The notes under the pieces: model-generated
What the model was told of the DNA's origin: nothing
The model's database searches: none
Seen by the model: only the letters and a program-made list of their open reading frames with translations
Part shown: one piece after another, positions 17,417 to 28,834 of the stretch
Numbering within the stretch: the first letter of the stretch is position 1
How the letters are laid out: every line of letters begins with the position of its first letter
Assembly: GCA_964509735.1 (NCBI GenBank)
Contig: CAZDYJ010000003.1
Span: 1 to 54,223, forward strand
DNA: 54,223 nt
Reading direction: 5' to 3'
DNA from: an uncultured Gammaproteobacteria bacterium
Lineage (GTDB): Bacteria > Patescibacteriota > Patescibacteriia > Patescibacteriales > UBA12465
Position numbers and translations under genes: made by a program

Positions 17417-19249
17417 TTAAGAAAATTTCTCATTTTTTCTCATATCAACTATTTTAAGCTGAGCTTCTTTTCGACCGTTAAATTCATTGATTTCTAAGTA
17501 ATAAACTATGTCTACTCGGTCGCCAATAGTGAAATCTCTATAATCCTCTGCCCCGCCAAAAGATAATGCCCAAACTGACAATGGTCTAAAGTTATCGCCG
17601 CCAGATGATGATAGGCGAAACTTAACATGTTGATTTAAAAGACCCATTTTAATAATATCATCAATTCTTAAATCATAAGAAACAAAGCGCGGTTGAGGGT
17701 TGTGTTGTCCGAAAGGTTCAAGTTCGGAAATTTTTTCAGCCAACTCAATACTTATTTTCTCAGCTGATAATTCTGCTTCAATTTTTAATTTCGGAGTTAA
17801 AACTGAAGTATCAATTCGACTTAAAGCGACAGCTGATAACTTTTCCATAAACCTATTTAAATTTTCTTCGCCTTTAACAGAAAATCCGCAAGCCATGGGA
17901 TGTCCACCGTATTTATCAAGAGTATCAGAACATTCTTCTATTGCTTCTATTAAATTAAATCCTTCTATAGAACGACCAGAACCTTTAAAAGATATTTTTT
18001 TAGGAATTAATTTTTTCTGCTCAGCATTAAATTCTAACTCTTCTATTAAGCGAGTAATAATAAGAGTTGGGCGATAATACTTCTCCGCTATTCTGCCCGC
18101 TACTAAACCAATTACTCCCTCATTCCAAACTTGATCTGGTTTAGCTAAACCAATAATAAGCAAGGGTAAATTATCTTTATCAATTTGTTCTTCAACTTGA
18201 GCGCTTATTTCTTCGGTTATTTTTTGGCGACTTAAATTTCGCTGATTTAATTCTTCGGCTAACTCTTTAGCCTCGTCTTCGTCCTTAGTTGTTAAAAGAG
18301 CAAAGGCACTATTGGCATGAGCTAGGCGACTAGCAGCATTTAAACGCGGACCTATTTGCCAACCAATATTCCAAGCTTCTATTTTTTTATCTTCTTTTAT
18401 TTTAGACAAACTAATAAGTTCATTTAAGCCTAATCTTTTTTTCTTGTTTAAAACTTTTAAACCTTCTTTAACCAGCAATCTATTTTCTCCCAGCAAACTA
18501 ACCATATCAGCCACAGTTCCAACCGCTACTAAATCCAAACAACGATTGCTAATAATATTTTTTTGCTGGGGCTCGAGTTTAGACTTTGACAGCAAAGCAC
18601 AAACTAATTTAAAAGAAACCCCAACGCCAGCTAAAAGTTTAAAAGGATAATTATCACTTTCATCAGCCGGATCGATAACTGAACAAGCCGGTAAATCTTC
18701 TTTTTTCTCTGGTAAAATATGGTGATCGGTTATAATAACTTCAAGCCCTAAGCTTTTAGCGTAATCTACTTCTGCTTTATTTCTAATGCCATTATCAACG
18801 GTAATAATTAATTTAAATCCTTGTTCAGCGATTTGCTTAACAGCCATTTTATTTAAACCATAACCTTCGGAAACTCGGTCAGGTAAATAAATTTCTACTT
18901 TAGCTTGTAGAGTTTGTAATGTTTCCAGTAAAATAACGGAAGATGTTACTCCGTCAGCATCATAGTCTCCGTAAACAACAATCTTTTCACCATTTTTAAT
19001 GCAAGAAATTATTAAATCAACAGCTTTTTCCATGTCTCTAAATAAAAACGGATTGTAAAAAAGAACTTCATCCTTAATGCCAAAAGATAAAGTATTTTCT
19101 AAAGGCAAAAGACCACTTAAGAAAGTTTTTATTTCTAAAGCACTTTTAAAGCCTCGATTAAAAAGCAACTGAACTAATAACGAATCAACGTCAGGGACAG
19201 ATGAAAAAATTTCAGCTGGTGCTTTTGTATTTACTTGCCAAATTTTCAT
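17417..19249 (-). CDS. recJ: Single-stranded-DNA-specific exonuclease RecJ
   Basis: DHH family motifs YGDYDADGVTS, ITDHH and DHHA1 GGHPMACG; 610 aa. Confidence 0.9.
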   Translation of the reverse strand: MKIWQVNTKAPAEIFSSVPDVDSLLVQLLFNRGFKSALEIKTFLSGLLPLENTLSFGIKDEVLFYNPFLFRDMEKAVDLIISCIKNGEKIVVYGDYDADGVTSSVILLETLQTLQAKVEIYLPDRVSEGYGLNKMAVKQIAEQGFKLIITVDNGIRNKAEVDYAKSLGLEVIITDHHILPEKKEDLPACSVIDPADESDNYPFKLLAGVGVSFKLVCALLSKSKLEPQQKNIISNRCLDLVAVGTVADMVSLLGENRLLVKEGLKVLNKKKRLGLNELISLSKIKEDKKIEAWNIGWQIGPRLNAASRLAHANSAFALLTTKDEDEAKELAEELNQRNLSRQKITEEISAQVEEQIDKDNLPLLIIGLAKPDQVWNEGVIGLVAGRIAEKYYRPTLIITRLIEELEFNAEQKKLIPKKISFKGSGRSIEGFNLIEAIEECSDTLDKYGGHPMACGFSVKGEENLNRFMEKLSAVALSRIDTSVLTPKLKIEAELSAEKISIELAEKISELEPFGQHNPQPRFVSYDLRIDDIIKMGLLNQHVKFRLSSSGGDNFRPLSVWALSFGGAEDYRDFTIGDRVDIVYYLEINEFNGRKEAQLKIVDMRKNEKFS

Positions 19250-19252
19250 TTT

Positions 19253-19351
19253 TTAAAAACCAATCATTATAGTCCAGGCCACCATTGAAAAAATAACCAC
19301 CGTTGAAACAATGCCCCAGAGAACTCTTTTAATTCTTTTTCTTCTTTTCAT
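19253..19351 (-). CDS. Possible 32-aa single-pass membrane peptide (below the ORF track length cutoff)
   Basis: MKRRKRIKRVLWGIVSTVVIFSMVAWTIMIGF: basic N-terminus plus one hydrophobic helix. It exactly fills the lepA-recJ gap on the same strand. No homology evidence. Confidence 0.3.
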   Translation of the reverse strand: MKRRKRIKRVLWGIVSTVVIFSMVAWTIMIGF

Positions 19352-19356
19352 ATAAA

Positions 19357-21183
19357 TTATCTTTTTAAAATTTTAACAAAAGTATCAGAGGGAATATCAA
19401 CACTTCCCTTGCCAACGGCCATCATCTTCTTTTTTCCTTTTTTCTGTTTCTCTAATAACTTTCTTTTACGACTAACATCGCCGCCGTATAATTTAGCCGT
19501 AACATCTTTTCTCATAGCTGGTAATTTTTCAGCCGCAATAACTTTTCCATTTAAAGCTGCTTGAATCTTAACAGCAAACATCTGTCGTGGCAAACTATCT
19601 TTTAAAATATCAACCACTGCTCGTCCCTCGCGATGAGCTTCATCACGATAAACTATAGTAGATAAAGCTTCAACGCCCTCCTCGGCTACTAAAATATCCA
19701 TTTTAACAACATCAGCCTCACGATAATCGAGATAATCATAATTTATTGAAGCATAGCCAGAAGAGACACTTTTTATCTTATCATAGAAGTCAGTTAAAAT
19801 AGATGATAGAGGCATTTCATAATGCAAAAGAACTCGGCTATTTTCACCCTCCGAAGATAAATATTCTGTGTTTTTATAAACCCCTCTTTTATCTTGAGCT
19901 AATTTAATAATATTTCCCATAAAACTTTTAGGAGAAATGATATCCAATCTTACCCAAGGCTCGGAAATTAAAGATAAGTGGTGCGGCTCAGGCATTCTTT
20001 GTGGAGTTCTAATTATTTCTTCGACTCCATTGGTGCGAATAATTTTATAAGCCACACTAGGCACGGTAACAATTAAATCTAAATCATATTCGCGGCGCAA
20101 TCTTTCTTGAAAAACCTCTAAATGAAGAAGTCCTAAAAAACCACAACGAAAACCAAAACCTAAAGCATCTGACCTTTCTGGTTCATAGGATAAAGAAGCG
20201 TCGTTTAATTTTAATTTTTCCATGGCATCTCGCAAATCTTTAAAATCATTCCCTTCTTTAGGAAAAATACCCGCATAAACCATGGGTTTTACTTCTTTAT
20301 AACCTGGCAGAGCTTGAATTTTTTTTAAATTAAAAGCATTAGGACCAGCAGTCATAGTATCGCCAACACGACAATCACCAACCTGCTTAAAACCAGTAAT
20401 TATATAACCAATAGAGCCTGGCCCTAAAAATTCTTTAGGAAAATAATCTGGCTTAAAAATACCACATTCTAAAACCTCACTTTCAGCCCCGGTAAAAAGT
20501 AATTTTATTTTATCGCCTTTTTTTATAGTGCCATTAAAAACTCGAATATAAGCCACCACGCCGCGATAAGTATCATACTTAGAGTCAAAAATTAAAGCTC
20601 TTGGCGAATCAGAGTCATCACCATTTACATCTTTATTCTCCGGTTCATGAGGTGGGTTGCCGTTTTTTATAACAGCCTCTAAAATTTCCTGAACACCAGC
20701 TCCAGTTTTTCCAGAAGCAGAAATTATTTCTTCCTCACGACAACCTAAAAGATCGATAATTTCTCTTTTAGTTTTTGGGATATCGGCGGCTGGCAAATCA
20801 ATTTTATTTATAACCGGGATAATTGTTAAATCTTGTTCTAGGGCTAAATACAAATTAGCTAAAGTCTGAGCTTGAATTCCTTGAGTAGAGTCAACGAGTA
20901 AAACAGCCGTTTCAACAGCCGCTAAAGAGCGAGAAACTTCATAGGAAAAATCAACGTGTCCGGGTGTATCAATTAAATTCAAAATCTGACCACTGTATTC
21001 CATGGTCGCTGGCTGCAATTTAATTGTAATTCCTCTTTCTCTTTCTAAATCCATACCATCTAAAACCTGGTCTTTCATTTTTCTTTTATCAACTGTGCCA
21101 GTTATCTCCAACATGCGATCAGCTAAAGTAGATTTGCCATGATCAATATGGGCGATAATGGAAAAATTTCTGATTTTGTCCAT
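19357..21183 (-). CDS. lepA: Elongation factor 4 (LepA)
   Basis: G-domain IIAHIDHGKSTLADR, DTPGHVDF and NKIDL; 608 aa with a LepA-type C-terminus. Confidence 0.97.
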   Translation of the reverse strand: MDKIRNFSIIAHIDHGKSTLADRMLEITGTVDKRKMKDQVLDGMDLERERGITIKLQPATMEYSGQILNLIDTPGHVDFSYEVSRSLAAVETAVLLVDSTQGIQAQTLANLYLALEQDLTIIPVINKIDLPAADIPKTKREIIDLLGCREEEIISASGKTGAGVQEILEAVIKNGNPPHEPENKDVNGDDSDSPRALIFDSKYDTYRGVVAYIRVFNGTIKKGDKIKLLFTGAESEVLECGIFKPDYFPKEFLGPGSIGYIITGFKQVGDCRVGDTMTAGPNAFNLKKIQALPGYKEVKPMVYAGIFPKEGNDFKDLRDAMEKLKLNDASLSYEPERSDALGFGFRCGFLGLLHLEVFQERLRREYDLDLIVTVPSVAYKIIRTNGVEEIIRTPQRMPEPHHLSLISEPWVRLDIISPKSFMGNIIKLAQDKRGVYKNTEYLSSEGENSRVLLHYEMPLSSILTDFYDKIKSVSSGYASINYDYLDYREADVVKMDILVAEEGVEALSTIVYRDEAHREGRAVVDILKDSLPRQMFAVKIQAALNGKVIAAEKLPAMRKDVTAKLYGGDVSRKRKLLEKQKKGKKKMMAVGKGSVDIPSDTFVKILKR

Positions 21184-21241
21184 ATTTTTTTCTATTTCTT
21201 ACTAATAAAAATTAATTAAATAACTATTTCCCTCTCTAAAT

Positions 21242-22897
21242 TTAAACCCCTCTTGCCTCCCCTGAGTCATCGAGTTTTACTTTCTTAAATGGCCAACGAC
21301 GTTTTAGAGAAGCAAAAAAATCAATTATTTCCTCACTCTTTAAAACATAACAAACTAAAGCGTAAACTATCAAACCAAAGAATCCGGAAGAAGTAAGTTG
21401 TGTAAAAACTCCTAAAAAACTGCTCATATCAATATATGGCCAGACTAATGATTTCGTTGCTTGCGCCATTAAACCTGCCAAAATAGCAGCGATAGTAAAT
21501 TTAAAAACTGACACAACTATTTTATTTATATCAATTACTCTATTTTGCACATAAATCCAAACAAAAAGCAAGAAAAAATTAACAATGTTGGCAGCTGAAA
21601 AAGCTAAGGCCAGGCCAGTTACTCCCATTTTAGGCGATAAATATAAAGATAAAACTATATTTACAACAACTGATACTAATCCTAAATAGAAGGGTGTTTT
21701 TGAGTCATGTTTAGCATAAAAAACTCTAACTAAAAGAGGGATAGTCGCTTGAGCAAAAAGACTTAAAGCAAAAAATCCCAAAGTGTTCATAGTTAAAACA
21801 GTGTCTGTCCAGCTAAAATTACCAGAACCCAAAACAACACGAGTAATTTGTGCTCTTAAAATAATAATTAAAACTGTAGACGGAACAATAAAAAAAAGTA
21901 TCTGTCTAAAAGCTTGGGAAAAATTCTTAGCGAGCAAATGTTTATCTCGGGCAGATTCAGATAAAAGCGGAAAAGCGGCGACAGCAAAAGATATACCAAA
22001 AATACCAATAGGAAAAGACTGTAAATTGTTAGCTAAATTAAAAACAGCCAAAGAACCGCCAGCTAAACTTGAAGCTAAGGCCGTTATGACTAATAAATTA
22101 ATTTGAGAAATAGCTAAACTCATCGTTCTTGGAACCATCATCTTAAATATTTTCAAAGTATTTAAATCACGCCATTTAAAACTCAACTTATAACGAAACC
22201 CTAAAGCGTAAACAACTGGAATCTGAATTATTAAATGAAGAAAGGCTCCAATCACAACACCCCAGGCTAGTCCAGCTGGGCCAAAATAATCAACTAAATA
22301 AACCGCTCCAAAAATTATCCCTAAGTTATAAAGAATCGGTGCTAAAGAATAAATTAAAAATCTTTTAAAAGATTGAAGTATGCCCCCAAAGATTCCGGAT
22401 AGACCCAGGAAAAGAGGTGATAAAAACATTATTCTTGTTAAATTAGCGGTTAGAAGTTTTTCTTCACCACTAAAACCAGGGGCAATTAAATTCATTAAAG
22501 ATGGTGCAAAAAATACACCTATTAAAGATATAACCGATAAAGCAATGAATAAAATATTTAAAATATTGGAAGCAAGTGCCCAGGCTTCTTTATTTTTTTC
22601 ACTGGGATCACAATTACTATCCTTGTCGCATTTAAAATCTTTTATTAAAGATGTAAAAATGGGAATAAATCCTGCTGATAAAGCACCTAAAACAATTAAA
22701 CTATAAACGAGATCAGGAATTTTAAAAGCAGCAAAATAAATATCTAATTCTCTGCCAGCTCCAAACTCACCCGCCAAAACACGATCACGAACAACACCTA
22801 ATAAGCGAGAAGCTAAAGACGACAAAGCCACCAAGGCGGCGGCCACGGTTATGCTGTTTATTTGTTTAGAAAAAATGTTTTTTAAAAGTCTAACCAT
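21242..22897 (-). CDS. murJ: Lipid II flippase MurJ/MviN
   Basis: Polytopic, 551 aa. N-terminus SLASRLLGVVRDRVLAGEFGAGRELDIYFAAFKIPD is typical of MurJ. Confidence 0.9.
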   Translation of the reverse strand: MVRLLKNIFSKQINSITVAAALVALSSLASRLLGVVRDRVLAGEFGAGRELDIYFAAFKIPDLVYSLIVLGALSAGFIPIFTSLIKDFKCDKDSNCDPSEKNKEAWALASNILNILFIALSVISLIGVFFAPSLMNLIAPGFSGEEKLLTANLTRIMFLSPLFLGLSGIFGGILQSFKRFLIYSLAPILYNLGIIFGAVYLVDYFGPAGLAWGVVIGAFLHLIIQIPVVYALGFRYKLSFKWRDLNTLKIFKMMVPRTMSLAISQINLLVITALASSLAGGSLAVFNLANNLQSFPIGIFGISFAVAAFPLLSESARDKHLLAKNFSQAFRQILFFIVPSTVLIIILRAQITRVVLGSGNFSWTDTVLTMNTLGFFALSLFAQATIPLLVRVFYAKHDSKTPFYLGLVSVVVNIVLSLYLSPKMGVTGLALAFSAANIVNFFLLFVWIYVQNRVIDINKIVVSVFKFTIAAILAGLMAQATKSLVWPYIDMSSFLGVFTQLTSSGFFGLIVYALVCYVLKSEEIIDFFASLKRRWPFKKVKLDDSGEARGV

Positions 22898-22898
22898 A

Positions 22899-23126
22899 TT
22901 AAATATTTTTTTCTTTAAAATTTCTTAAAAGTAAAAATAAATTAATTAACCAAAAAATAAAAATGATATTAAAGTTAAATAAAGCACTCAAGATACCGGA
23001 AAAAAGCAAGTCTAAAATAAAAAAACTAAATAAAATAATAGTCAAAAAATAAAAAAATTCTTCAATAAAAACTTGATTATTTTCTTTATTTAAAAATTTT
23101 TTAACTTTAAACGCAAAAAGGTTCAT
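22899..23126 (-). CDS. Small hydrophobic membrane protein (75 aa), hypothetical
   Basis: Two predicted TM helices. 1-nt gap to murJ and 5-nt gap to the upstream gene. No recognisable family. Confidence 0.4.
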   Translation of the reverse strand: MNLFAFKVKKFLNKENNQVFIEEFFYFLTIILFSFFILDLLFSGILSALFNFNIIFIFWLINLFLLLRNFKEKNI

Positions 23127-23131
23127 AAAAA

Positions 23132-24670
23132 CTATCTCTTAAAAATCTCCTTAATTTTTTCTAAAATATTTTTACCAGAAAATTCAACTTTAATTTTTTC
23201 TATTGATAAATAATTGTCATATTCAAGCTCTGATCCAAAACCACTATCATGCTCTAAGCCGGGAATAGAAATAACAAAAGAATATTTGTTATTTAAAAAA
23301 TCAGCTCCTCTTAAATCAAATTCAACCGTGGCAGTTTTTAAACCATCTTCATTTTTAGGCGACTCATAGCTAGCAACGACAAAACTTTCTTTCTCGGGAG
23401 AAAATAATCTATCAATTTTTCTCGGCTCAGAATTAAAAAATTTATCTTTATTAATTGAGATAAAGCCCCTGGTTTCAATAATAATATCACTTTTTTCCAG
23501 CTTAATATTTTTCAAATCCAATAAATTATCAACTTCTCCAGAAAAATTTTTATAAGTCTTTGAAATGTCTATAACTTCATCATCTATTTTAACTTTTGAT
23601 AAAGATTCAGTATTAAATGTTTTAAAATTTAAAGAACTAGCATTACTCCAAAAGTCACCATAAACAAGCTCGTAAACAGGCCAAACTTTATTAATAAAAA
23701 CTAAACGATCAGATGAGCTTTCTATTTCTTCTATAACAATATTACTATTAGCGATAATCTCAAACTTATACAAACCCTCTTCTTTAAAAAAATCATTAAA
23801 AATAAGCTCATCAATTAACTCTCCTTGACGAAAATTATTATCAAAACTTAAACCACTAAAATTATCCTTTTTTAACTCTAAAATCTGACTGCTTATTAAT
23901 TCATCTTGAAAATAAAGACGAACATTAATATTCCCTGGCAAATTATCAAGGTTTAAATTTCTAAAATTAATTTTTAAATTATCTTTTGAATCTTTAAAAT
24001 AAACTTGAAACTGATGAGAACCTCTTAAAGCTTGTCTTATTGTTAGGGGAAAAGTTTGAGTGTAAGCTGGCAACTTATAATCTCTTTTCAAAGAATGGTT
24101 ATAAAAAGCCACACAATTTAAAGCCTCGGTTGAGCAATTTTCTAAATAATTTTTATCTAAATCTGAAAAGAATTTTTCAGAACTATTATATATTTCTTCT
24201 TTTTGCAAAACTAACAAAGCATTCTCATCCACTAAGCGCTTCCAGGAAAATCTTAATTTATCTAAAATTTTATTTTGAATAGGTTTTAGCTCATAAGCCT
24301 GGGAACTTAAGTCCTTTAAAACTCCTAATTCAACGATTGGAGTTTCAGATGATAATTTATCGTGATATTCTATGGTAATTTTAGCTTTACTGAAAGTTCG
24401 CGGACTTAAAATTGAAAAATAAACCGGATCTGATATTATAACCAAGGATTCTTTTTGAGAAAAATCTATTCTTTCTCCTGGTCTAAAATCAGCAAAAAAG
24501 CCTCTGCCTAAATTTATGCTTTTAGAAAAATTTGATGAAAAACTTATTTTTCCACCTGGGACAAATTTAAAACATAAAAATAAGGCTAATAAAAGCAAAA
24601 AAATCGCAACAAAAATTAAACGAAGCCTATATTTTAAAGCTTGATTTTTTATTTTTTTTAGACTAATCAT
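23132..24670 (-). CDS. N-terminally anchored extracytoplasmic protein (512 aa), hypothetical
   Basis: Long ORF with one N-terminal TM (LIFVAIFLLLLALFLCF) and no recognised motifs. First gene of an apparent operon with the 75-aa gene and murJ. Confidence 0.6.
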   Translation of the reverse strand: MISLKKIKNQALKYRLRLIFVAIFLLLLALFLCFKFVPGGKISFSSNFSKSINLGRGFFADFRPGERIDFSQKESLVIISDPVYFSILSPRTFSKAKITIEYHDKLSSETPIVELGVLKDLSSQAYELKPIQNKILDKLRFSWKRLVDENALLVLQKEEIYNSSEKFFSDLDKNYLENCSTEALNCVAFYNHSLKRDYKLPAYTQTFPLTIRQALRGSHQFQVYFKDSKDNLKINFRNLNLDNLPGNINVRLYFQDELISSQILELKKDNFSGLSFDNNFRQGELIDELIFNDFFKEEGLYKFEIIANSNIVIEEIESSSDRLVFINKVWPVYELVYGDFWSNASSLNFKTFNTESLSKVKIDDEVIDISKTYKNFSGEVDNLLDLKNIKLEKSDIIIETRGFISINKDKFFNSEPRKIDRLFSPEKESFVVASYESPKNEDGLKTATVEFDLRGADFLNNKYSFVISIPGLEHDSGFGSELEYDNYLSIEKIKVEFSGKNILEKIKEIFKR

Positions 24671-24802
24671 GAGCTTATCTTATCTTATTTTAACTAAATT
24701 TTCAATAAGCGCGACTATTCTTAAATTTTAAATTTAAGCTTTAAGTAATTGCTTTTAATTCCAAGATGCGAACTTTTTGTCTTCTAAAAATATCTTCTTT
24801 TA

Positions 24803-24838
24803 TTTAAAAAACAAGGCTCAAAAAATTGAGCCTTGTTT
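24803..24838 (-). terminator. Rho-independent terminator downstream of rpoC
   Basis: Stem CAAGGCTCA (24812-24820) / TGAGCCTTG (24827-24835), followed on the minus strand by a T6 run. Confidence 0.65.
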
Positions 24839-24850
24839 TATATCTTTATT

Positions 24851-27800
24851 TTAAGCAATGTTGCTAAAATCTTCTCTTTTTTTCTTCTCTTTATAACCAG
24901 TTCCCGCAGGAATTAAACAACCAATAATAACGCTCTCCTTTAATCCCTCAAGATAATCTATCTTACCATTAACCGCGGCATCAATTAAGACGCGTGATGT
25001 TTCTTGGAAAGATGCGGCTGACAAGAAACTGTCAGTTGAAAGAGATGCTTTAGTAATACCCATTAATAAACGGTCAGCTTTTGATGGATATTTTAATTTC
25101 TTATTAGCTTGTTCAAAGACCTCTTCTTCAACAACCTCTCCTGGTAATAAATTAGTTTCACCAGCTTCTTTAATTAAGAAGCGAGAGAACATTTGACGAG
25201 CAATAATTTCCACATGCTTATCATTTAAAGGCTGTCCTTGAGATGAATAAACATATTGAATTTCAGAGATAATATATTTCTGAGTTTCGAGCATTCCTTT
25301 CAACTTATAAAGTTCTCTTAAATCAAGACTACCTTCTGTAAGTTGAGTTCCTCTGGTAATTTCATCGCCATCTTTTACTATCATCATAGTTCCCTTCATA
25401 ACCGGCAATTCTTTAACCTTCTCAACTTCGTAGGAGACAGAAACATATTTATCACTTAATTCTATACGACCAGCTGATTTTGATTTTACAAGTTCGCTAC
25501 CGATTTTAAAGATGTCAGTATTTTTAGAAATTTCTTGTCCGTCTTTAACTAAAACTTTTATTTCTAATTTTTTTACATCCTTAGAAGTCATTCCACCGGC
25601 CAACTTCATTTCATTAATTTTTTCTGAGAAATAATATTTATCAGCCTCTTCACCTTTAAAGAAAATGCTTAAAATCTTTATCTGAGGATTATCAACCATA
25701 ATCTCTTTGCCATCTTTTCCTTTAATTGTTTTCTTAGCAAATTCAATCTTCACTCGACCATCAACATCGGAGATTAAAGCTTTTTTCTTAGGACTTCTGG
25801 CTTCAAAAATTTCTTCAACTCTAGGCAAACCTTGAGTAATATCATCTTGACTGGCTACACCACCAGAGTGAAAGGTTCTCATAGTAAGCTGTGTTCCCGG
25901 CTCACCAATTGACTGAGCGGCAATAACACCAACAGTTGCGCCAATTTTAACTGGCTTATTATAAGCCAAATCCCAACCATAACATTTAGCACAAACACCT
26001 TTATGCATTCGGCAACTTAAAACTGATCTGATATAAATTTTTTCTACAGCTTTTTCTTTTAAGATACTAACATTTTCTTCATCCATCATGTCACCAGCTT
26101 TTAAAACAACTTTTCCTTTGACATCCAAAGCGTCTTTAGCCAAATAACGTCCTATAGCTTTTCTGAAAAAATCATCGCCATTTTTTTCTACATCAGCTTT
26201 TACAAGCTCCATTCCCTGATCATCTCCACAATTATCTTCAGTCACAATAACATCTTGAGAAACATCAACTAAACGACGGGTTAAGTAACCCGCATTAGCG
26301 GTACGAAGAGCAGTATCTGATAAACCTTTACGTACACCGTGAGTAGAAATAAAATATTCTAAAACCCCAAATCCTTCTTTAAAGTTTCCCTTAACCGGTA
26401 ATTCCAAAATTGCACCTGAAGGAGAAGTAACTAAACCTTTCATACCAAGAATCTGAACTGGTTGAGCCCAAGAACCACGAGCACCAGAATCAATCATTGA
26501 ATAAACAGGTAAAATATCAACTAAACCTTTTTTACAAATATCAGCAATTCTATCTTTTGTTCTAGCCCATTCTTCAATAACTTTAGAATATCTTTCACTA
26601 TCAGTTAACAAACCTTCTTCAAACTGTTCGCCAATTAATTCAACACTTTTATTTGCCTCTTCAATTAATCTGTCTTTTTCTGGAAAAGTAGGTAAATCAC
26701 CAAATCCCCAAGAAAGTCCGGATTTAGTAATGTATTTTAAACTCTTATTCTTTAAATCATCGATGAACTTTACAGTTTCTTCTTCGCCATAAACACGTAA
26801 ACATTCTTTAATTAAATCACGTAATTTTCCCTTGCCCACCACGTCATTTATAAAACGTAGTTTTTCTGGCAATAAATCATTGAAAATTAAACGACCAACT
26901 GTTGTTTTCATAAGCTCTCCATTGTAACGAACGGAAATAGCTTCATGTAAATCAATGGCGTTATTATCATAGGCTAACTTAGCCTCATCTTCGCCATAAA
27001 AATATTTCATGTCTTCTTTTTTTCTATCATGATAAGCTTTTTCAGCAAAGGTAATATAATAAGTTCCCCAAACAATATCTTGAGCAGGTGAAACGATTGG
27101 ATCGCCAGTAGCTGGTTTAAGAAGATTATGAGTAGCTAACATTAAAGTCTCCGCTTCATGCTTTGCTTCTTTAGTAAGTGGAACATGAACAGCCATTTGA
27201 TCACCATCAAAGTCGGCATTAAAAGCAGTACAAACAAGAGGATGAATTTGGATAGCCTTACCTTCAATTAGAATTGGTCTAAAAGCCTGGATACCTAAAC
27301 GATGCAAGGTTGGAGCACGATTTAATAATACGAAAGCATCGCTTACTACTTCTTCTAAAATATCAAAAACGTCATCATGTCCGGCTTCGATATATCTTGA
27401 AGCACTACGAACATTATGAACAATTTCTCTTTTAATAAGCTGAGAAATAATAAAAGGTTTAAACAATTCAAGAGCCATGATTTTTGGTAAACCACATTGA
27501 TCAAGATCAAGCTTCGGATTAACAACGATAACGGAACGTCCAGAATAATCAACACGTTTTCCCAATAAGTTTTGACGAAAACGTCCTTGTTTTCCTTTTA
27601 AAGTGTCAGCTAAAGATTTTAATTGTCTCTTTTGGCCAGTTGAAGCAGTGACAGTTTTTGTATGACGAGCCGAGTTGTCAATTAAAGCATCAACCGCTTC
27701 TTGAAGCATTCTTTTTTCATTTCGACAAATAACTTCCGGTGCATTTAAATCAACCAATTGTTTTAAACGATTGTTTCGATTAATAATACGACGATAAAGA

Positions 27801-28783
27801 TCATTTAAATCAGAAGCAGCAAATCGTCCACCATCTAAAGCCACCATCGGACGAAGATCTGGAGGAATAACCGGCACAATAGTCATAATCATCCACTCTG
27901 GTCTGATATTATTATTTCGGAAACTCTTTAAAAGCTTTAAACGTTTAATTAATTTCTCTTTCTTTGATTCAATAGAGTCTTTCAATTTTTCTTCTAACTT
28001 TTTAATGCTTGGTTCTAATTCTATTTTAGTAAGTAACTTACGAATAGCTTCGGCTCCAATAGAAGCTTCAAAAATATGACCAAATTTCATGCTCAAGTTT
28101 TGATACTGACTTTCAGACATTACTAATAATGGTTTAAGGTCTTTTAAGTCTTTCTGTACCTGAGAAAAATCTTCTTCAAGTTTAGCTAATTTTTCTTCCT
28201 TCTCAGCCTGTAAAGCTTTTGCGTCTAAACCCGATTCTTTAGCATCACCTTCTTTTAAATTTTTTAAACGATTATTAAAATCATTTTCAATACTTTTTAA
28301 TTTTCCTTTATATTCAGTTTTAACTTGTTCAATAGTTGCTTCTTTTAAACTTTCATCTACTTCTGTAACAATAAAACTGGCATAATAAATAACTTTTTCC
28401 AAAGACTGAACGCCAAGATTTAATAATAAGCCTATTTTTGAGGATAATCCGCGTAAAAACCAAATATGAGTAGCTGGTACTTGAAGGCTTATGTGTCCCA
28501 ATCTTTCACGACGAACAATGCTTCTTGTTACTTCAACGCCACACTTATCGCAAACAATTCCTTTGTATCGGATTTTTTTATATTTTCCGCAAGCACATTC
28601 CCAGTCTTTAGTTGGACCAAAAATCTTTTCACAAAACAAACCATCTTTTTCTGGACGTTGAGTGCGGTAATTAATTGTTTCTGGTCTGGTGATTTCCCCG
28701 AATGACCAATCGAGAATTTCATCAGGACTAGCCAATTTTAATCTTATGGCATCAAAGTCACTGGTTTTTATCGGATTTAACAT
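24851..28783 (-). CDS. rpoC: DNA-directed RNA polymerase subunit beta'
   Basis: 1310 aa. Catalytic [12 protein letters not shown] and an N-terminal Zn-finger CxC...CxxC. Confidence 0.98.
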   Translation of the reverse strand: MLNPIKTSDFDAIRLKLASPDEILDWSFGEITRPETINYRTQRPEKDGLFCEKIFGPTKDWECACGKYKKIRYKGIVCDKCGVEVTRSIVRRERLGHISLQVPATHIWFLRGLSSKIGLLLNLGVQSLEKVIYYASFIVTEVDESLKEATIEQVKTEYKGKLKSIENDFNNRLKNLKEGDAKESGLDAKALQAEKEEKLAKLEEDFSQVQKDLKDLKPLLVMSESQYQNLSMKFGHIFEASIGAEAIRKLLTKIELEPSIKKLEEKLKDSIESKKEKLIKRLKLLKSFRNNNIRPEWMIMTIVPVIPPDLRPMVALDGGRFAASDLNDLYRRIINRNNRLKQLVDLNAPEVICRNEKRMLQEAVDALIDNSARHTKTVTASTGQKRQLKSLADTLKGKQGRFRQNLLGKRVDYSGRSVIVVNPKLDLDQCGLPKIMALELFKPFIISQLIKREIVHNVRSASRYIEAGHDDVFDILEEVVSDAFVLLNRAPTLHRLGIQAFRPILIEGKAIQIHPLVCTAFNADFDGDQMAVHVPLTKEAKHEAETLMLATHNLLKPATGDPIVSPAQDIVWGTYYITFAEKAYHDRKKEDMKYFYGEDEAKLAYDNNAIDLHEAISVRYNGELMKTTVGRLIFNDLLPEKLRFINDVVGKGKLRDLIKECLRVYGEEETVKFIDDLKNKSLKYITKSGLSWGFGDLPTFPEKDRLIEEANKSVELIGEQFEEGLLTDSERYSKVIEEWARTKDRIADICKKGLVDILPVYSMIDSGARGSWAQPVQILGMKGLVTSPSGAILELPVKGNFKEGFGVLEYFISTHGVRKGLSDTALRTANAGYLTRRLVDVSQDVIVTEDNCGDDQGMELVKADVEKNGDDFFRKAIGRYLAKDALDVKGKVVLKAGDMMDEENVSILKEKAVEKIYIRSVLSCRMHKGVCAKCYGWDLAYNKPVKIGATVGVIAAQSIGEPGTQLTMRTFHSGGVASQDDITQGLPRVEEIFEARSPKKKALISDVDGRVKIEFAKKTIKGKDGKEIMVDNPQIKILSIFFKGEEADKYYFSEKINEMKLAGGMTSKDVKKLEIKVLVKDGQEISKNTDIFKIGSELVKSKSAGRIELSDKYVSVSYEVEKVKELPVMKGTMMIVKDGDEITRGTQLTEGSLDLRELYKLKGMLETQKYIISEIQYVYSSQGQPLNDKHVEIIARQMFSRFLIKEAGETNLLPGEVVEEEVFEQANKKLKYPSKADRLLMGITKASLSTDSFLSAASFQETSRVLIDAAVNGKIDYLEGLKESVIIGCLIPAGTGYKEKKKREDFSNIA

Positions 28784-28834
28784 ATGTTATAAATTTAATA
28801 TATAAATTTTCCTTCCGAGAATGCTTATCGGAAA

